IMG/VR virus record: IMGVR_UViG_2974513524_000001
Location: 1-64,000 of that record
Reading direction: 5' to 3' (one strand)
Origin: a virus
Taxonomy: Duplodnaviria > Caudoviricetes
Length of the DNA: 64,000 bases
Shown: piece after piece, positions 17,730 through 28,791 of the stretch
How the letters are laid out: every line of letters starts with the position of its first letter
How positions within the stretch are numbered: the first letter of the stretch is position 1
The notes under the pieces: model-generated
Told to the model about the DNA's origin: nothing
Seen by the model: only the letters and a program-made list of their open reading frames with translations
Databases searched by the model: none
Program-made: the position numbers and the translations under genes

Positions 17730-19013
17730 TTAATTATCTTCTTCGCGTTCTGGCATCATCTCCAAACCCTGACGGGCCTTGAGATCCCAACTGTTGTCGG
17801 TGCCTGGTGAACGTAGTGTACCCGATAAGTTATCGAGACTGATAGAGCTTCGGCTATTCAGCAAACCAGACTTCTTGTCGCTCAAGCTCTTAGCGATATT
17901 ACGCAAATTGCTCTGTGCTTCACTGGCTTGGATAGCTCGTACACCCAGTTGTGGGTTACGTTCATACATCTCACGGAAGTACGAGTTGATGCTATCAGCT
18001 GTACCACCAGAGAAGAAGTTGAAGTCTCCTTTATGTACATCAACAAACTGTTGCATTTGGGATGGCGTAATCTTGATTCGTTGAGCTGGAGTATCTGCAT
18101 CCAGCTTGACTTCAACACCATCAGTAAGCAGCTTTTGGATAGTTTCCTGAGCTTGTCGCTTACTATTGCTGGTGAAACCAATCAAAGGATTAGCAGTGTC
18201 TTCCAGCTGTTTCATGATAACGCTGGTATCTTTTGGAGCATCCAGGCTGATTTTGCCACCTGGGTTAATGGCTTCAGCTTGTGCCATCTGATTTTTTACA
18301 TCAGTCAGTGCACTATCCAACACTTGGTTAGTCCGCTTAAACACACGGTCTTCACGCAAGTCATTGAATTGTTCACGGCGTAGCTCACGGTTTTCCTTAG
18401 CCGCAGACATAGACTCAGCAAACTGAGCCTCGCTACGTCGTTCGCCACGGGCAGCACGAGCTTGACCTTCAGCAGCATACTCACGTTGAGTTTGCTTATC
18501 GAAGACACCATCCAGCTCACTCGCCAGCTTACCTTCTTGCAGGAAGTTCACTTCACCCAGCATCTTGTCTACGCCAGCTTTGTCACCATCGCGTGCGTAT
18601 TGATACAGCTGTTCAACCAATGGACGTTGTTCACGCTCAAGGGTCATGTCAGCAAACTGGTTTTGTTGTACTTCCTGTTTCATCAGGTCAGCAGCACGCT
18701 GATCTACAGCATTACGAGCTGCACCACGATCAATCAGATTGCCGTAGCTCAGTCGTGCGGTATCCAACTGCTGACGAGTCTCAGGATTAGTCAAGTCACC
18801 AGCAGTGCCAATGGCAGCTACTTGATCAAGATAATCCTGAGTGTTGTTGTCTCGCAAAACCTTTTGGTTTCGCACATTGATTGCTTGTTGGTCGGCGGCT
18901 AGGCGTTGCAGAGACTGGAGTCCCTGCTGAATCATTTGCCCACCAGAGGCAGCAAGGTTGCCTGCCCCCATATCACCGCCACCAACGGTACGCCATGTGA
19001 TGGGTCCGGCCAT
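17730..19013 (-). CDS. Ejection protein, N4 gp51-like
   Basis: Position upstream of vRNAP; N-terminal PITWR motif; helical and Q-rich. Confidence 0.7.
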   Translation of the reverse strand: MAGPITWRTVGGGDMGAGNLAASGGQMIQQGLQSLQRLAADQQAINVRNQKVLRDNNTQDYLDQVAAIGTAGDLTNPETRQQLDTARLSYGNLIDRGAARNAVDQRAADLMKQEVQQNQFADMTLEREQRPLVEQLYQYARDGDKAGVDKMLGEVNFLQEGKLASELDGVFDKQTQREYAAEGQARAARGERRSEAQFAESMSAAKENRELRREQFNDLREDRVFKRTNQVLDSALTDVKNQMAQAEAINPGGKISLDAPKDTSVIMKQLEDTANPLIGFTSNSKRQAQETIQKLLTDGVEVKLDADTPAQRIKITPSQMQQFVDVHKGDFNFFSGGTADSINSYFREMYERNPQLGVRAIQASEAQSNLRNIAKSLSDKKSGLLNSRSSISLDNLSGTLRSPGTDNSWDLKARQGLEMMPEREEDN

Positions 19014-19015
19014 GA

Positions 19016-19534
19016 TTAAGTAATCCGATTCTTAGCAAGGTAGGAGTCAACAGACTCGTAAGCGTTCGGGTTAGCAGCTACACGTGCACGCTGACGGTCT
19101 TCCAACTGAGTGTTGGTAGTCTGCCGTTGTGCGTTGTAGTTGGCATCGAACTGCCGTTTGCTTTCTTTGAACCGATCTTCAGCCATGCTCAGTTGCTTGT
19201 TGCCTTGGATCGCACCAAAGATGGTACTAGCGATACCAGCAGCTGGGCCAACCCAACCACCAGACGCTACACCTTTATCATCCAAGCCACCAAACATGCC
19301 CGACTGAGAAAACAGTCCTTTATCCGCAAACAGCGAGCTAAACAGGTTAGCTACACCGGATGCTGGAGCAGCAGCTACAGTTGGACCACCTGCCGATGCA
19401 CCAATATTAGCTGCAAGAGAAGCTGGTGCACCTGAGCCATAGCTCATGCCTGGGAGTCCGTTACCCAATCCAAATTGGAAGGGGCTTTCTTCCTCCGTGA
19501 TACCCAAATTAAGATTCGGGAAGTAGTTCGCCAT
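19016..19534 (-). CDS. Structural/ejection protein, N4 gp52-like
   Basis: Gly/Ala-rich with C-terminal NTQLEDRQRARVA..YESVDSY; synteny. Confidence 0.75.
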   Translation of the reverse strand: MANYFPNLNLGITEEESPFQFGLGNGLPGMSYGSGAPASLAANIGASAGGPTVAAAPASGVANLFSSLFADKGLFSQSGMFGGLDDKGVASGGWVGPAAGIASTIFGAIQGNKQLSMAEDRFKESKRQFDANYNAQRQTTNTQLEDRQRARVAANPNAYESVDSYLAKNRIT

Positions 19535-21809
19535 TATCAAAATCTCCTTCTACATCAGTGAGTTTAGGCAATTGAAGTGCATATGTATGGTAGTACTCCA
19601 CCAGTTCATACGAAGATGCTCCAATATTACCTGAGTGCACAGTACGAGAGTAGTAATCCTGCGGACTCTCCCCAAATATCGTATCAGGCACCAGTGCAAT
19701 CAGATCTAGACCATCTAGACCTTGGAATTGCGGATTCAATCCTAACTGATCTCGTTGTTCCTTCAAGCTATCAAACTGACCAGATGTGTACTCTTGGAAC
19801 TCCATGATTTCATCTTGAATATCTTCAACCATTTTGCCCATAGCAGCAGTGGATTGACGTGCAAGACCATTGCCAATGGCAATCAGGGACTCGCCCCAAG
19901 TGCTGTTAGCCGGTGCACCAAAACCAGTGTAAGCACCGTATGCCATAGCAGCTACCGCAGCGATGAAACCAATCTCAGGACCAAACTTTTTCACAAATAG
20001 TTTGATGGCCAATTGGATGATGATGGCATTTAGGATCATAGAGATGATCGTAATAACCAGTGCTGTAGTACTGATTGCAGCAGCTGCAACAATGGTTTGC
20101 CATGCAGTACCAGCTGAGAAGACAGTGATCACCACAGCTACAATGATCATTACCCACTTAAAGATACCGGACTGATACCACTCAGTTTTAATTACCTGAA
20201 CAGTGTTAACCAGCATGTGCATAGCACGGCATACCAGCTGTTCCCGGTTAGGGACAGAGATAGTACGCATGATATTGCGATCTACTGGGATCAACAGCTC
20301 AGGGTCGGTGCCTTGTGCACCAAAACCCTTTTTATAGTGAACGTTATAGTCAATACGTAACCCGTATACAGCGATCTCTTCATACATAGAATCAAGCACT
20401 TGGCGTCGATAGATGTATGCAGGTTGTCCATTACTCTGTACAGCCATAGCTGTACCAGTAGGGGTAATCTTCATAAAGTTTTGAGCAGTAATAGGCACCA
20501 CACCATAGGTGCTAGTGTAAGTACCCACTTTCCCAATGCTGCCCGGAATACGTTTCTTGGTAATACCCGAATACTGTAGGGTCTGACCAAAAGCATTATC
20601 TGAGATGTACTGAATCTGGCTTGGGCTTGTAGAGAATGCCTGGAACTTTTCATTCAAATTGTCAGCGATTTGAATCTGAGACAGGCTATTCTCATGCATC
20701 AGAGTGAAGTGCTTAAACAGGTACTCAATACATGCTTTATGTTGATCACCTGGATGTACACCCAGTTGCAGAATGCACTGAGCTACCTGAGCTACATCAG
20801 GGTCAGCTTCTACAGCCTCAAGCATCTGATCGTAGTTCACACCCAAGAACTTGGCGTAGCCCTTACAGCTCTTGTAGATCTCCGGCATAAACCGTTCAGA
20901 CACAATCTGGTCGCGGATACGGAAGTAAATCCAAGGGTAGTACTCACCAAAACCTTCGCCTAGCTCAAGCTGGTAGATAGCGTCGAGTGCTGGATAAGTC
21001 CCTGCACCGTTGAGGTATGTAAAGAATGCATCCTTACCATCAGCACGTGTGTACCGTACTTGGTGATAGTCACCCTGCTCTGCAATACCTTCGATTGGCA
21101 CTGTCAGCCCACGTTCAACGAAGTTACCGTCCGCATCGACAAACTCATAGGTCACTGTGACGTAATCTTCTACAGCAGTCGCACTGACCTCGTACGCAGG
21201 CTGTGGAGCGTACGCACCAATACCCAATGGCTTGAGTGCTGTATATGGCTTGGAAGGCGTCCAGCCTGATTGTGGGGACGGCCCGAGCTGTTCCAGTACA
21301 CCCATATCAAACGTCTGCACCATGAAGTCATACGACTCCTGCGTGTAGGTAGCTCGCATGTCTTTCAGATAGCACTTGAAACCAGTGGTCGCACTGAGTG
21401 CTTCGATCTCATTCGTCAGGGTGTTGTACTGGTGGGTATTAACCAACCAAGTCCACCCATAGTGCAATGAGTTCATAGGACCAAAGCGGTAGTACCGAGG
21501 GCTAATAGCACCACCTTCATTGACTGCAATGAGGCGCATAACTGCGTCACGTGCTGTGATGTTGGAGACTACAGCAGCTCGTGGGATACCTGTGGCGTAG
21601 TTATTCTTTTTAGCCCAAGCCAAGCCAGTATTGATCTTGATACCAATAGAGCTGGACAGTTCTTCCATGATGTACTCATTGATATCCCCTTCCGCAGTGA
21701 TGCCTTTCACAATGCCTTGCAAAGCAGAGTGAGGGATCAAGCGTTCTTCGAAAATCTTCTGTACCGTCACGTTGACGACGTACTTCTTCTTGCTACTGAA
21801 CCAACCCAT
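19509..21809 (-). CDS. N4 gp53-like protein with C-terminal transmembrane segments
   Basis: MGWFSSKKK start, WYQSGIF followed by hydrophobic helices; synteny. Confidence 0.75.
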   Translation of the reverse strand: MGWFSSKKKYVVNVTVQKIFEERLIPHSALQGIVKGITAEGDINEYIMEELSSSIGIKINTGLAWAKKNNYATGIPRAAVVSNITARDAVMRLIAVNEGGAISPRYYRFGPMNSLHYGWTWLVNTHQYNTLTNEIEALSATTGFKCYLKDMRATYTQESYDFMVQTFDMGVLEQLGPSPQSGWTPSKPYTALKPLGIGAYAPQPAYEVSATAVEDYVTVTYEFVDADGNFVERGLTVPIEGIAEQGDYHQVRYTRADGKDAFFTYLNGAGTYPALDAIYQLELGEGFGEYYPWIYFRIRDQIVSERFMPEIYKSCKGYAKFLGVNYDQMLEAVEADPDVAQVAQCILQLGVHPGDQHKACIEYLFKHFTLMHENSLSQIQIADNLNEKFQAFSTSPSQIQYISDNAFGQTLQYSGITKKRIPGSIGKVGTYTSTYGVVPITAQNFMKITPTGTAMAVQSNGQPAYIYRRQVLDSMYEEIAVYGLRIDYNVHYKKGFGAQGTDPELLIPVDRNIMRTISVPNREQLVCRAMHMLVNTVQVIKTEWYQSGIFKWVMIIVAVVITVFSAGTAWQTIVAAAAISTTALVITIISMILNAIIIQLAIKLFVKKFGPEIGFIAAVAAMAYGAYTGFGAPANSTWGESLIAIGNGLARQSTAAMGKMVEDIQDEIMEFQEYTSGQFDSLKEQRDQLGLNPQFQGLDGLDLIALVPDTIFGESPQDYYSRTVHSGNIGASSYELVEYYHTYALQLPKLTDVEGDFDNGELLPES

Positions 21810-21819
21810 TTTGTACTCC

Positions 21820-21848
21820 AAAGAAAAAGGGGACTCGAAAGTCCCCTC
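21820..21848 (-). terminator. Intrinsic terminator (minus strand)
   Basis: Minus strand reads GAGGGGACTTTCGAGTCCCCTTTTTCTTT. Confidence 0.8.
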
Positions 21849-21864
21849 ATGTTAGCAACTAGTG

Positions 21865-22614
21865 CTACGCCTCGATACCGTCCAATACTTTGGTTACTGC
21901 ACGCCCGATAGTGGCATCGCTCAACTTGTTCGTTTCGTCGGCAATAGTGCCTTCATCTGTAGTACGACGAATGTTCCAAGTATCAATGAGCATTTTGGCA
22001 GCTTTTTGCTCGGCATCTCGTTTGAAGCCGTCAGTTTGGGCCTTATACAGGGCTTTCTGACGACCGATTACAGAGTTCTCATCGATACCGATATCAACTG
22101 TTTGAGCTTTCTCTGTAGCAATCTTCTGCTGTACGAGCGAAGTCTGAGCAGTAGTTTGCAGTTTCTGGACCATAGTTAGGTCATATTGTGCTTTAAGCAA
22201 GCATTGCTGAGCCAACAGAGAGTCATTCTCGGTAATGATGTTGACTGTTTCTGCTCGTACCTTAGCGGCTTGGGCTTCCAACAAATCACGAGTGAGCAGC
22301 TCGCGATCAATTTCCTTTTGAAGCAATTCAGCTTGTAGCTTGGTGAGATCAATTTGTGCTTGAACCAAGAGAGCTTTATTCGCTGCCTCATCCTTCTGCA
22401 AGAGGAACACAGAGGAGTTCTGTAGCACATACTGCATCGCAGTGAGGTAGACCTGAGCGTAATCCTGACCCTTGATGCGGTTCTTATCGAACTCCCGCTG
22501 GACGTGTAGCCCAGCGGTTTCCATCAGTACGTCAAAGACCCCAGTGCCTCCGATCTTACCCTCGGTAAGATCTTTCAGTGTAATCAGCGGAACTGTGACA
22601 ACTGGGTCGGCCAT
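21865..22614 (-). CDS. Structural protein, N4 gp54-like
   Basis: G.GVFDVLM..RIKGQDYAQVYL and SVIGRQK..FKRDAEQKAAK motifs; synteny. Confidence 0.8.
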   Translation of the reverse strand: MADPVVTVPLITLKDLTEGKIGGTGVFDVLMETAGLHVQREFDKNRIKGQDYAQVYLTAMQYVLQNSSVFLLQKDEAANKALLVQAQIDLTKLQAELLQKEIDRELLTRDLLEAQAAKVRAETVNIITENDSLLAQQCLLKAQYDLTMVQKLQTTAQTSLVQQKIATEKAQTVDIGIDENSVIGRQKALYKAQTDGFKRDAEQKAAKMLIDTWNIRRTTDEGTIADETNKLSDATIGRAVTKVLDGIEA

Positions 22615-22617
22615 TTA

Positions 22618-23328
22618 TCAATCCTCGTCGGCTTGAGTACCAGCAGCCATGGCTTGACGTTGGGCCAGTTCTTTCAGCTCTTTCTCAGTCAGCGGTGGCA
22701 GGATTGCAATTTGTAGTTCCTTGATGGTACGTGGAGTCTTCACTTCCTGGCCGGTTTGACGGTCTTTACGAGTGGTGAAGATCTGGCACTTACGTTCTTC
22801 CATGACGTTCAGCAGAGCTTGCTCAACGTGCCAATCAGTATTGAACGGTACATAACGTTTGATCGTACCGATCACGCCATTACCTACACAGTAGGTGTCA
22901 CCTTCCCATTCCTTACGGAAAGGGTTCATGTTCATGACGTTGACACGTACCAGTTTGGTAGCTTCTTTGCGCAGACGATAGCGCTTAGCTTCTTTGGTTT
23001 CCTGCACGGCAGCAGCCAGTACAGTAGTAGCCAAATCCGAAGCCAGCTTGGTATCAGCTACAGCTTGTTCCAGTGCTTCTTTGGTGATCAATGGAGTCTG
23101 CTCGTTAATCAGTGCAGAAGGAGCAGGAATTTCTTCGACTGGTTCTTCAACAGGGGTTTCTTGAACAACGGCGGGAGCAGGGAAGGCAGCATCAATGCGC
23201 TCTTTCAGCTTCTCCAGGCCAATGTTTGGATGGAATTCAATGCCGAGACCGGTTGCGTACTCTTTGAGTTTATCCAGTTCGGTCTGTTCTACTTCTTCTA
23301 CTACAGGAGTTTCAGTTACTTCGGTCAT
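22618..23328 (-). CDS. N4 gp55-like protein
   Basis: LGIEFHPNIGLEKL, LVRVNVMNMNP, LPPLTEKEL motifs; follows the capsid gene. Confidence 0.8.
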   Translation of the reverse strand: MTEVTETPVVEEVEQTELDKLKEYATGLGIEFHPNIGLEKLKERIDAAFPAPAVVQETPVEEPVEEIPAPSALINEQTPLITKEALEQAVADTKLASDLATTVLAAAVQETKEAKRYRLRKEATKLVRVNVMNMNPFRKEWEGDTYCVGNGVIGTIKRYVPFNTDWHVEQALLNVMEERKCQIFTTRKDRQTGQEVKTPRTIKELQIAILPPLTEKELKELAQRQAMAAGTQADED

Positions 23329-23350
23329 TTGGGTATTCCTTAGGGTAGGC

Positions 23351-23378
23351 AAAGAAGGGGCAGACTAGCTGCCCCCTC
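23351..23378 (-). terminator. Terminator downstream of the capsid gene
   Basis: Minus strand GGGGCAG-CTAGT-CTGCCCC followed by TTCTTT. Confidence 0.65.
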
Positions 23379-23385
23379 AGTTAGC

Positions 23386-24576
23386 TTAGATGAAAGCCAG
23401 GGTCTTGATGATACCGATGCGTTCTGGACGCAGGACCATGAAGCCGTAGTACCACTTGATGGACATGAAGCCCATTTCGCCGTACGGGTCCAGACGGTCC
23501 GCAGTTTCACGGCCTGGTTTCTTGCTGGTGATCACAAACTTGGTGGTCTTGCCATCAGTTTGGAAGCCAATGGTGGTGAACGACTCGTTACCGATAGTCA
23601 GCATCGGGAACACGTCGTAGTTCGCACCGTTGTCGTAGTGGCTAGCATCGCCAGCTTCTACAGCAGCACCAGCGCCACCCCACTTGAACATCTGCGGAAC
23701 AATGACGATGCGGAATGGGCCGATAGAGCCGATCTCGCCAGTCAGGGTGTTACCAGCAGCTGCGTACTTCTCGATGGATACGAAAGCTGGAACGCCGTGC
23801 AGATCTTTCATCGCCAACAGAGTTGGGATCAGTTCCGAACCGCAGTACAGCACACGGGCACCCATGATGGTGCGAGTGTCGATCATGCGAGAGCCAGTGA
23901 TCATGGTGATCTTACGTGGCGACAGGTTCTCAGTCAGGGTGATATCCAGACGGATCAGGTCATCGTAAGTAACTACATCACCTTTGGTCAACTGGTTGGT
24001 AGCAGTAGCACCACCAGCGAAGCGGATCACACCAGCAGCGTTCAGCAAGTCGATCTGAAGCAGTGCTTCAGTCATCTCGTTGGCGCCGTTCACCATTTCA
24101 CGGGTGATGTGCATATCCAGCTCAGCATCGCTATCGAAATCCAGCGATTCCTGAGTGTATTCGCGGAAGAAGCCGTACTTCTCAAGCGAACCTTCGATCA
24201 TCTTCCGGGTGAAACCAACACGGTTTACTCGGCCACCGACTTCAGTCAGCAGAGGCATTTTGCCTGGGATTACACCAACGTCCTTGCTGGAACCCCACAG
24301 GTTACCGTTAGCAATGACTGCACCGTTCGCATCAATACCTTGGTCGTTGATGTTACGGTCGTCGAGCAGTGGCATGTAGTGGTACTTGGTGATCTTCTTG
24401 CCGTAGTGTTTCGGCATGTCGGTCACGTCAGCCAGTTGGCTGAAGTACTGTTCTTTACGGGCTTCGATCAGCGCCGTCTTCTGGTGGTACTCGGTATAAG
24501 CCTGAGGACCAATCGAGGAAGGCGAGCCTGGAGGGGCGTTGTACTTACCCGGTTTGTAGGTATCTGGAGCAGCCAT
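23386..24576 (-). CDS. Major capsid protein, N4 gp56-like
   Basis: [47 protein letters not shown] motifs; strong codon bias. Confidence 0.95.
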   Translation of the reverse strand: MAAPDTYKPGKYNAPPGSPSSIGPQAYTEYHQKTALIEARKEQYFSQLADVTDMPKHYGKKITKYHYMPLLDDRNINDQGIDANGAVIANGNLWGSSKDVGVIPGKMPLLTEVGGRVNRVGFTRKMIEGSLEKYGFFREYTQESLDFDSDAELDMHITREMVNGANEMTEALLQIDLLNAAGVIRFAGGATATNQLTKGDVVTYDDLIRLDITLTENLSPRKITMITGSRMIDTRTIMGARVLYCGSELIPTLLAMKDLHGVPAFVSIEKYAAAGNTLTGEIGSIGPFRIVIVPQMFKWGGAGAAVEAGDASHYDNGANYDVFPMLTIGNESFTTIGFQTDGKTTKFVITSKKPGRETADRLDPYGEMGFMSIKWYYGFMVLRPERIGIIKTLAFI

Positions 24577-24591
24577 TTGAATCTCCTAGTT

Positions 24592-25761
24592 TTAATATGT
24601 TTCTTTGGCTAGTTTTTCGAATTCTTCGTCCGAAAGTGCCAATGGATTGAATGACGGTTTTGCAGACTTCCCAGTAGGGGTTGTCTTTGCCGGAGCGGCT
24701 GCTGCTTTCGCTGCTGCGACTGCCGGATCTACAGGCTTCGGAGCCTTTGGTTGTACAACTACTGGAGGCTTCTCGACAGCTGGCGTCTTTTGCAGGTGGT
24801 TGAAGGCTCCCTTCTCAGCGAGATGCTTGCCAACTGCGTCATATGCCTGAATGTCGTTCAGACCTTTCAGATTGCCCAACACTTTCTGCTTTGCAAGTTC
24901 CGCTTGGATCACATCGAAGACGCCGGATTCTACCTGCTCTGCGAAGTGCATAAGCACATGCGGATTCTTGATAATCAGTTGCTTAGAAGCGTTGTCGATC
25001 TGGTTGCCAGCGAAATTGATAACTCGGTCGTAAGCTGGTGTCTGCTTAAGTTCAGACATTACATCTTCGAGTGCGGTCTCAGTCTCACTAAGTCCATATT
25101 GATCGGGCTTATACGCTGCAACTTGCTTGTCATCGATATCCAGCAGGTCAACGCCAGAATCTTTAACAAGTTTCGCGATAGCTTCAGGCTTTTTCTTATA
25201 CAAGTCAATAAGTTCATTGATCTTGTTTGGATCAAGCAAGCCTTCGCGTTCCAAAGTACGCACAATGTTCAGACTTGGCTTTAAGCCAGCCATCTTATCG
25301 TGGTAATTCAGACCTTTTTGTGCGAGCTGAATAGCTTCTTCCACAGAAGAGATTTGTAGAGTGCGACCGCTAGCTTTAATCGGCGCAAAGAGCTTAGCCA
25401 ACTGGTCTTCAGCAGAGACGACAGGAGCTTGTTCAACTTCTGGAACCTTACCAGTAGTTTCCTTGCCTTGGTCGGCAGTGGGCTCGGGCTTAACATCAGC
25501 TGTAGCCTCCACTGGCTTAACTGGTTGAGACTGATCGTCATCAACATCGTCAGGGTCATCAACATTATCTGCTGGTTGCTGATCGGCAGGCTTATTACCT
25601 TGTTCTTGTTCTTCTTCAACATGTTGGTCGTCATCTTGGACAACCTCCGGTTGTTCTTGGGGCGGTTGCTCTACTGGTTTTTCAGCAGGAGCTTCGTCAA
25701 AAGACTGTGGACCCAGCGCCAGCAAGTCTTCGTCAGACATTGCGAGGATGTTTTTGTCCAT
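24592..25761 (-). CDS. N4 gp57-like protein (scaffold-like; often annotated tape measure)
   Basis: MSDEDL and LSDEEF terminal motifs, acidic disordered N-terminus; upstream of capsid. Confidence 0.8.
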   Translation of the reverse strand: MDKNILAMSDEDLLALGPQSFDEAPAEKPVEQPPQEQPEVVQDDDQHVEEEQEQGNKPADQQPADNVDDPDDVDDDQSQPVKPVEATADVKPEPTADQGKETTGKVPEVEQAPVVSAEDQLAKLFAPIKASGRTLQISSVEEAIQLAQKGLNYHDKMAGLKPSLNIVRTLEREGLLDPNKINELIDLYKKKPEAIAKLVKDSGVDLLDIDDKQVAAYKPDQYGLSETETALEDVMSELKQTPAYDRVINFAGNQIDNASKQLIIKNPHVLMHFAEQVESGVFDVIQAELAKQKVLGNLKGLNDIQAYDAVGKHLAEKGAFNHLQKTPAVEKPPVVVQPKAPKPVDPAVAAAKAAAAPAKTTPTGKSAKPSFNPLALSDEEFEKLAKETY

Positions 25762-25767
25762 GGTTTG

Positions 25768-26103
25768 TTACTCCGAGATTTCTTGACGGGCCAATTCTTG
25801 TTCAGCTTCGTAGTTAGCTAGCTGTACACGAACGTCTTGCCCAACGAGGTTGATAGTGCGGAACCAGGAAACCAAACCAGCAATCATGTCGAGATCCTTA
25901 ACGATCTTGGCACGAGCTTCTTCGGATTGGTGGGCTGGGTCTGCCAGAAGATGTGCGAGTCGCACAGGTTCTTGTTGGAACAGTTTCTTTTCGATGAGAT
26001 GGAGGAAGTCACGGTTCTTATACAAACGATCCAATGCCTCAGAGTCTTTGGCAATTGTCTTGGCTGTATCGATTTGCAGTTGAATTTGTTGGACGTCGTT
26101 CAT
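25768..26103 (-). CDS. N4 gp58-like protein
   Basis: ALDRLYKNRDF motif; between portal and gp57. Confidence 0.75.
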   Translation of the reverse strand: MNDVQQIQLQIDTAKTIAKDSEALDRLYKNRDFLHLIEKKLFQQEPVRLAHLLADPAHQSEEARAKIVKDLDMIAGLVSWFRTINLVGQDVRVQLANYEAEQELARQEISE

Positions 26104-26171
26104 TTCTATTCCTGTTAAGTGGTATATGGCCACAAGAGTGTGTGGCCATACTATATCGTGTGATTATCGGT

Positions 26172-28322
26172 TTAGCTACTTGGTTTTGCCATTTGCCCAG
26201 GTTCGTTTTGTCGTACTACCGACTCAACTACCTTCAAAGCAGCCTGAGATTCAGCTTGTGCACGCGTAGATTGCAGGTTTCGCTCTTGAGTTACACCTGT
26301 GGATTGTTCTACGAAGTCCAAGTTTGTCTTATCGGCAGAGGCATCCAGTGCCTTAGCTTTAGCAACCTCAGTACCCTGTTTAACAGTGCTGAGATTAGCA
26401 CCTGCACCAAAGGATGCAGCTCGTGCGTACTCTGTAGCAATCTGAGCTTCAAGCAACTTGATCTCTAGCTGAGCTTTCGCTTCAGCAAGCGGATCTGGAG
26501 TTGGCTGGAAATCCATAATTTTCTTGGCTACGTCAGGCATCTTACGAAGCTTGGCAATATCAGCCATAACCATCTTGGTCAGATCGATACCCATTACTGG
26601 ACCAGCAGTTTGCAGAATGAAAGCCAGCTCTTGAGCTTTGGCGTTATCTTCTTCAGCAGTGCTGATAGTCAATGCAAGGTCGAATGCACCTTCCAAGTCA
26701 TCGCGTCGTACGGTGGTGAAGTGTTCGTTAGTAATACGGACCACTTCTTCCTCATCAAGCCAAGCTTGGTTCATGGCAATGATCTTACGACCTACCTTAA
26801 CCACGCCAGACGAGATACGACGGAGCAAACCAAGTTCACGCTTGGATGCAGCGTCCAACGCACCACGAATACCTGTTGCAGTGTCACCAAGAGCCTGTCC
26901 TGCGATACCAGTACTGAATGCTTTCACACCAGTAATGGATTCAGCTTCAAGGTTGTTGGTGTTGATCATGTATTCCGCGCTGGACGGAATGTTTGGGAAC
27001 TCGTGTTGGTGGATAGCAGCTCGTGGATCTGCACCTGGGTTCCATTCGTAGTCTTCACCACGCTCAAACTTGCGTCGGTTGACCGTATCCAGTGTACCTT
27101 TCATTACACCAGTCTGGCCGTTGGCAGATTTGGCGAAACTATCGATCAAACCACGGGTTACTGCACCAACTACCTTCTGATTATCAATCAGTAGTGAACC
27201 ATCAGATTCACCGTAGATGCTATTACGCACTGGCAAGTACGGAATAGTCACAAATGGCAGCTGTTTATCAGGGAATGGGTTTTCTTCCATCCGAATCTTG
27301 ATATCACCTACCCATGTAGCCACAAATGGCTTAACAATCCCGCTGCCATCAATGTCACGGAAGCCCCAGTACTCGTAAACAATGAATTTACGGCGTGCCT
27401 TGTCCTTGAAATTGAAGTTTTTAGTGCCAGTAGAGGTAGGTGCATAGTCAGGTTCACCCAAAATCGACTGGTTTTCAGCGTTGATGTACTCCAAATTGCT
27501 ATATCGACCGTCTGCTTTCAGGTCAGACAGCGAACTTTCCCATTTGTGGATCACAAATTGGGCTTTGTTAATGTCTCCAGCAGCAGATGGATCAATGATG
27601 ATGTTCCGATAGTCACAAACCTCCACAGTTGGCTGGTTTTTGATCGTCTTTTCCACCTCAATAGGGGTGTAAGACGTGACTAACGGCACATGAATCATGT
27701 CAGTCTCCACACTTGCAGTGTGTGCAGCGCGCCATTCTTCAGGTAACTCGTTGTATTGGCTAGGACTTTGCTTGAACAGCTGGTCAATGGCCATGATTTG
27801 TTCTTCACCGGCTGGATCAGGAACAATCGTGTACACAGGTTGCTGTTCAGTGACAGTTTCAGTCCGATATTCCCAACCAGTTTTGAGAATCGCAGTACCT
27901 TCATCCACCGCAGCACGAACCAAGTTGTCGATAAACACTTGTTTATCCAACCGGTTGTTGAACTGGTGGTTAAGTACCAGACTATTCTGGATCGCAGCTT
28001 CACGATCTTCCCAAGTAACTGGCTTGACCTCGAAAATGTCAGGCGAAGAAAGGAAAGGCTCACTCAGGTTGGTGTAACGCCATTCGGCTTGCTTGCGAAT
28101 GAGCTTAGGCTGAACGCTAGACCGGTTAGGTTCTGGCTTCAGTTTCTGAGCATCACGGATAAACAGATGATCAAGCCATTCAGAGATCTGAGTTACTTGT
28201 GCATCGTGCGAAGATCGGGCATCTTCGTAATCCGCCTTCAGCTCTTTGAGCGTAGGCTCTTTCGCCCACTCTGTGAGCTTGTTGTCCTCCTGCCCAGGAG
28301 GTAGTTCCATTGTTTCGGCCAT
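26172..28322 (-). CDS. Portal protein, N4 gp59-like
   Basis: LTEWAKEPTL, SSVQPKLIRKQAEWRY, ALDAASKRE motifs; 716 aa. Confidence 0.95.
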   Translation of the reverse strand: MAETMELPPGQEDNKLTEWAKEPTLKELKADYEDARSSHDAQVTQISEWLDHLFIRDAQKLKPEPNRSSVQPKLIRKQAEWRYTNLSEPFLSSPDIFEVKPVTWEDREAAIQNSLVLNHQFNNRLDKQVFIDNLVRAAVDEGTAILKTGWEYRTETVTEQQPVYTIVPDPAGEEQIMAIDQLFKQSPSQYNELPEEWRAAHTASVETDMIHVPLVTSYTPIEVEKTIKNQPTVEVCDYRNIIIDPSAAGDINKAQFVIHKWESSLSDLKADGRYSNLEYINAENQSILGEPDYAPTSTGTKNFNFKDKARRKFIVYEYWGFRDIDGSGIVKPFVATWVGDIKIRMEENPFPDKQLPFVTIPYLPVRNSIYGESDGSLLIDNQKVVGAVTRGLIDSFAKSANGQTGVMKGTLDTVNRRKFERGEDYEWNPGADPRAAIHQHEFPNIPSSAEYMINTNNLEAESITGVKAFSTGIAGQALGDTATGIRGALDAASKRELGLLRRISSGVVKVGRKIIAMNQAWLDEEEVVRITNEHFTTVRRDDLEGAFDLALTISTAEEDNAKAQELAFILQTAGPVMGIDLTKMVMADIAKLRKMPDVAKKIMDFQPTPDPLAEAKAQLEIKLLEAQIATEYARAASFGAGANLSTVKQGTEVAKAKALDASADKTNLDFVEQSTGVTQERNLQSTRAQAESQAALKVVESVVRQNEPGQMAKPSS

Positions 28323-28356
28323 TTCGTGGTCCTATTAATCAAGTGAGACAATCATA

Positions 28357-28791
28357 ATGCAATTCAAGAAACTACACGCTAACTTCCAACTGCCTCAACG
28401 TAGCTCTGAGCAGGCTGGTGGTTATGATCTGTTCATGCCAGAAGCTGGTATCGTGCATCAACACGACATTCCAGATCAGGGCAAGTTGGTAGGACTGGGC
28501 TTTTCAGCAGCAGTACCTACTGGTTTTGTTGCGCTTATACTCCCACGTTCTGGCGCTGGTGCCAAACACGGAGTAGAACTACGTAACACCGTTGGTGTAA
28601 TTGACGCCGACTACCGTGGTGAATGGATGGTTGCTGTTAAAACCAAAGGTGGTACTGAATTCGGTTGGGCCGAGGGCGAACGCCTGTTCCAATACGTACT
28701 TGTACCAGCAGGTATCAGCGAGCCAGTGCTTGTAGAAGAACTGGATGCTACTGCACGTGGTGAAGGTGGTTTCGGGAGTTCAGGCAAATGA
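28357..28791 (+). CDS. dut: Trimeric dUTPase
   Basis: AGGYDL, PRSG, GVIDADYRGE, RGEGGFGSSG motifs. Confidence 0.95.
   Translation: MQFKKLHANFQLPQRSSEQAGGYDLFMPEAGIVHQHDIPDQGKLVGLGFSAAVPTGFVALILPRSGAGAKHGVELRNTVGVIDADYRGEWMVAVKTKGGTEFGWAEGERLFQYVLVPAGISEPVLVEELDATARGEGGFGSSGK

Noticed and set aside
7663-17733. Many long plus-strand ORFs (up to 597 aa) antisense to vRNAP
   Set aside because: Shadow frames caused by codon bias of the real gene; no SDs or motifs, odd composition
23560-24612. 350-aa ORF antisense to the capsid gene
   Set aside because: Shadow ORF of a highly biased gene
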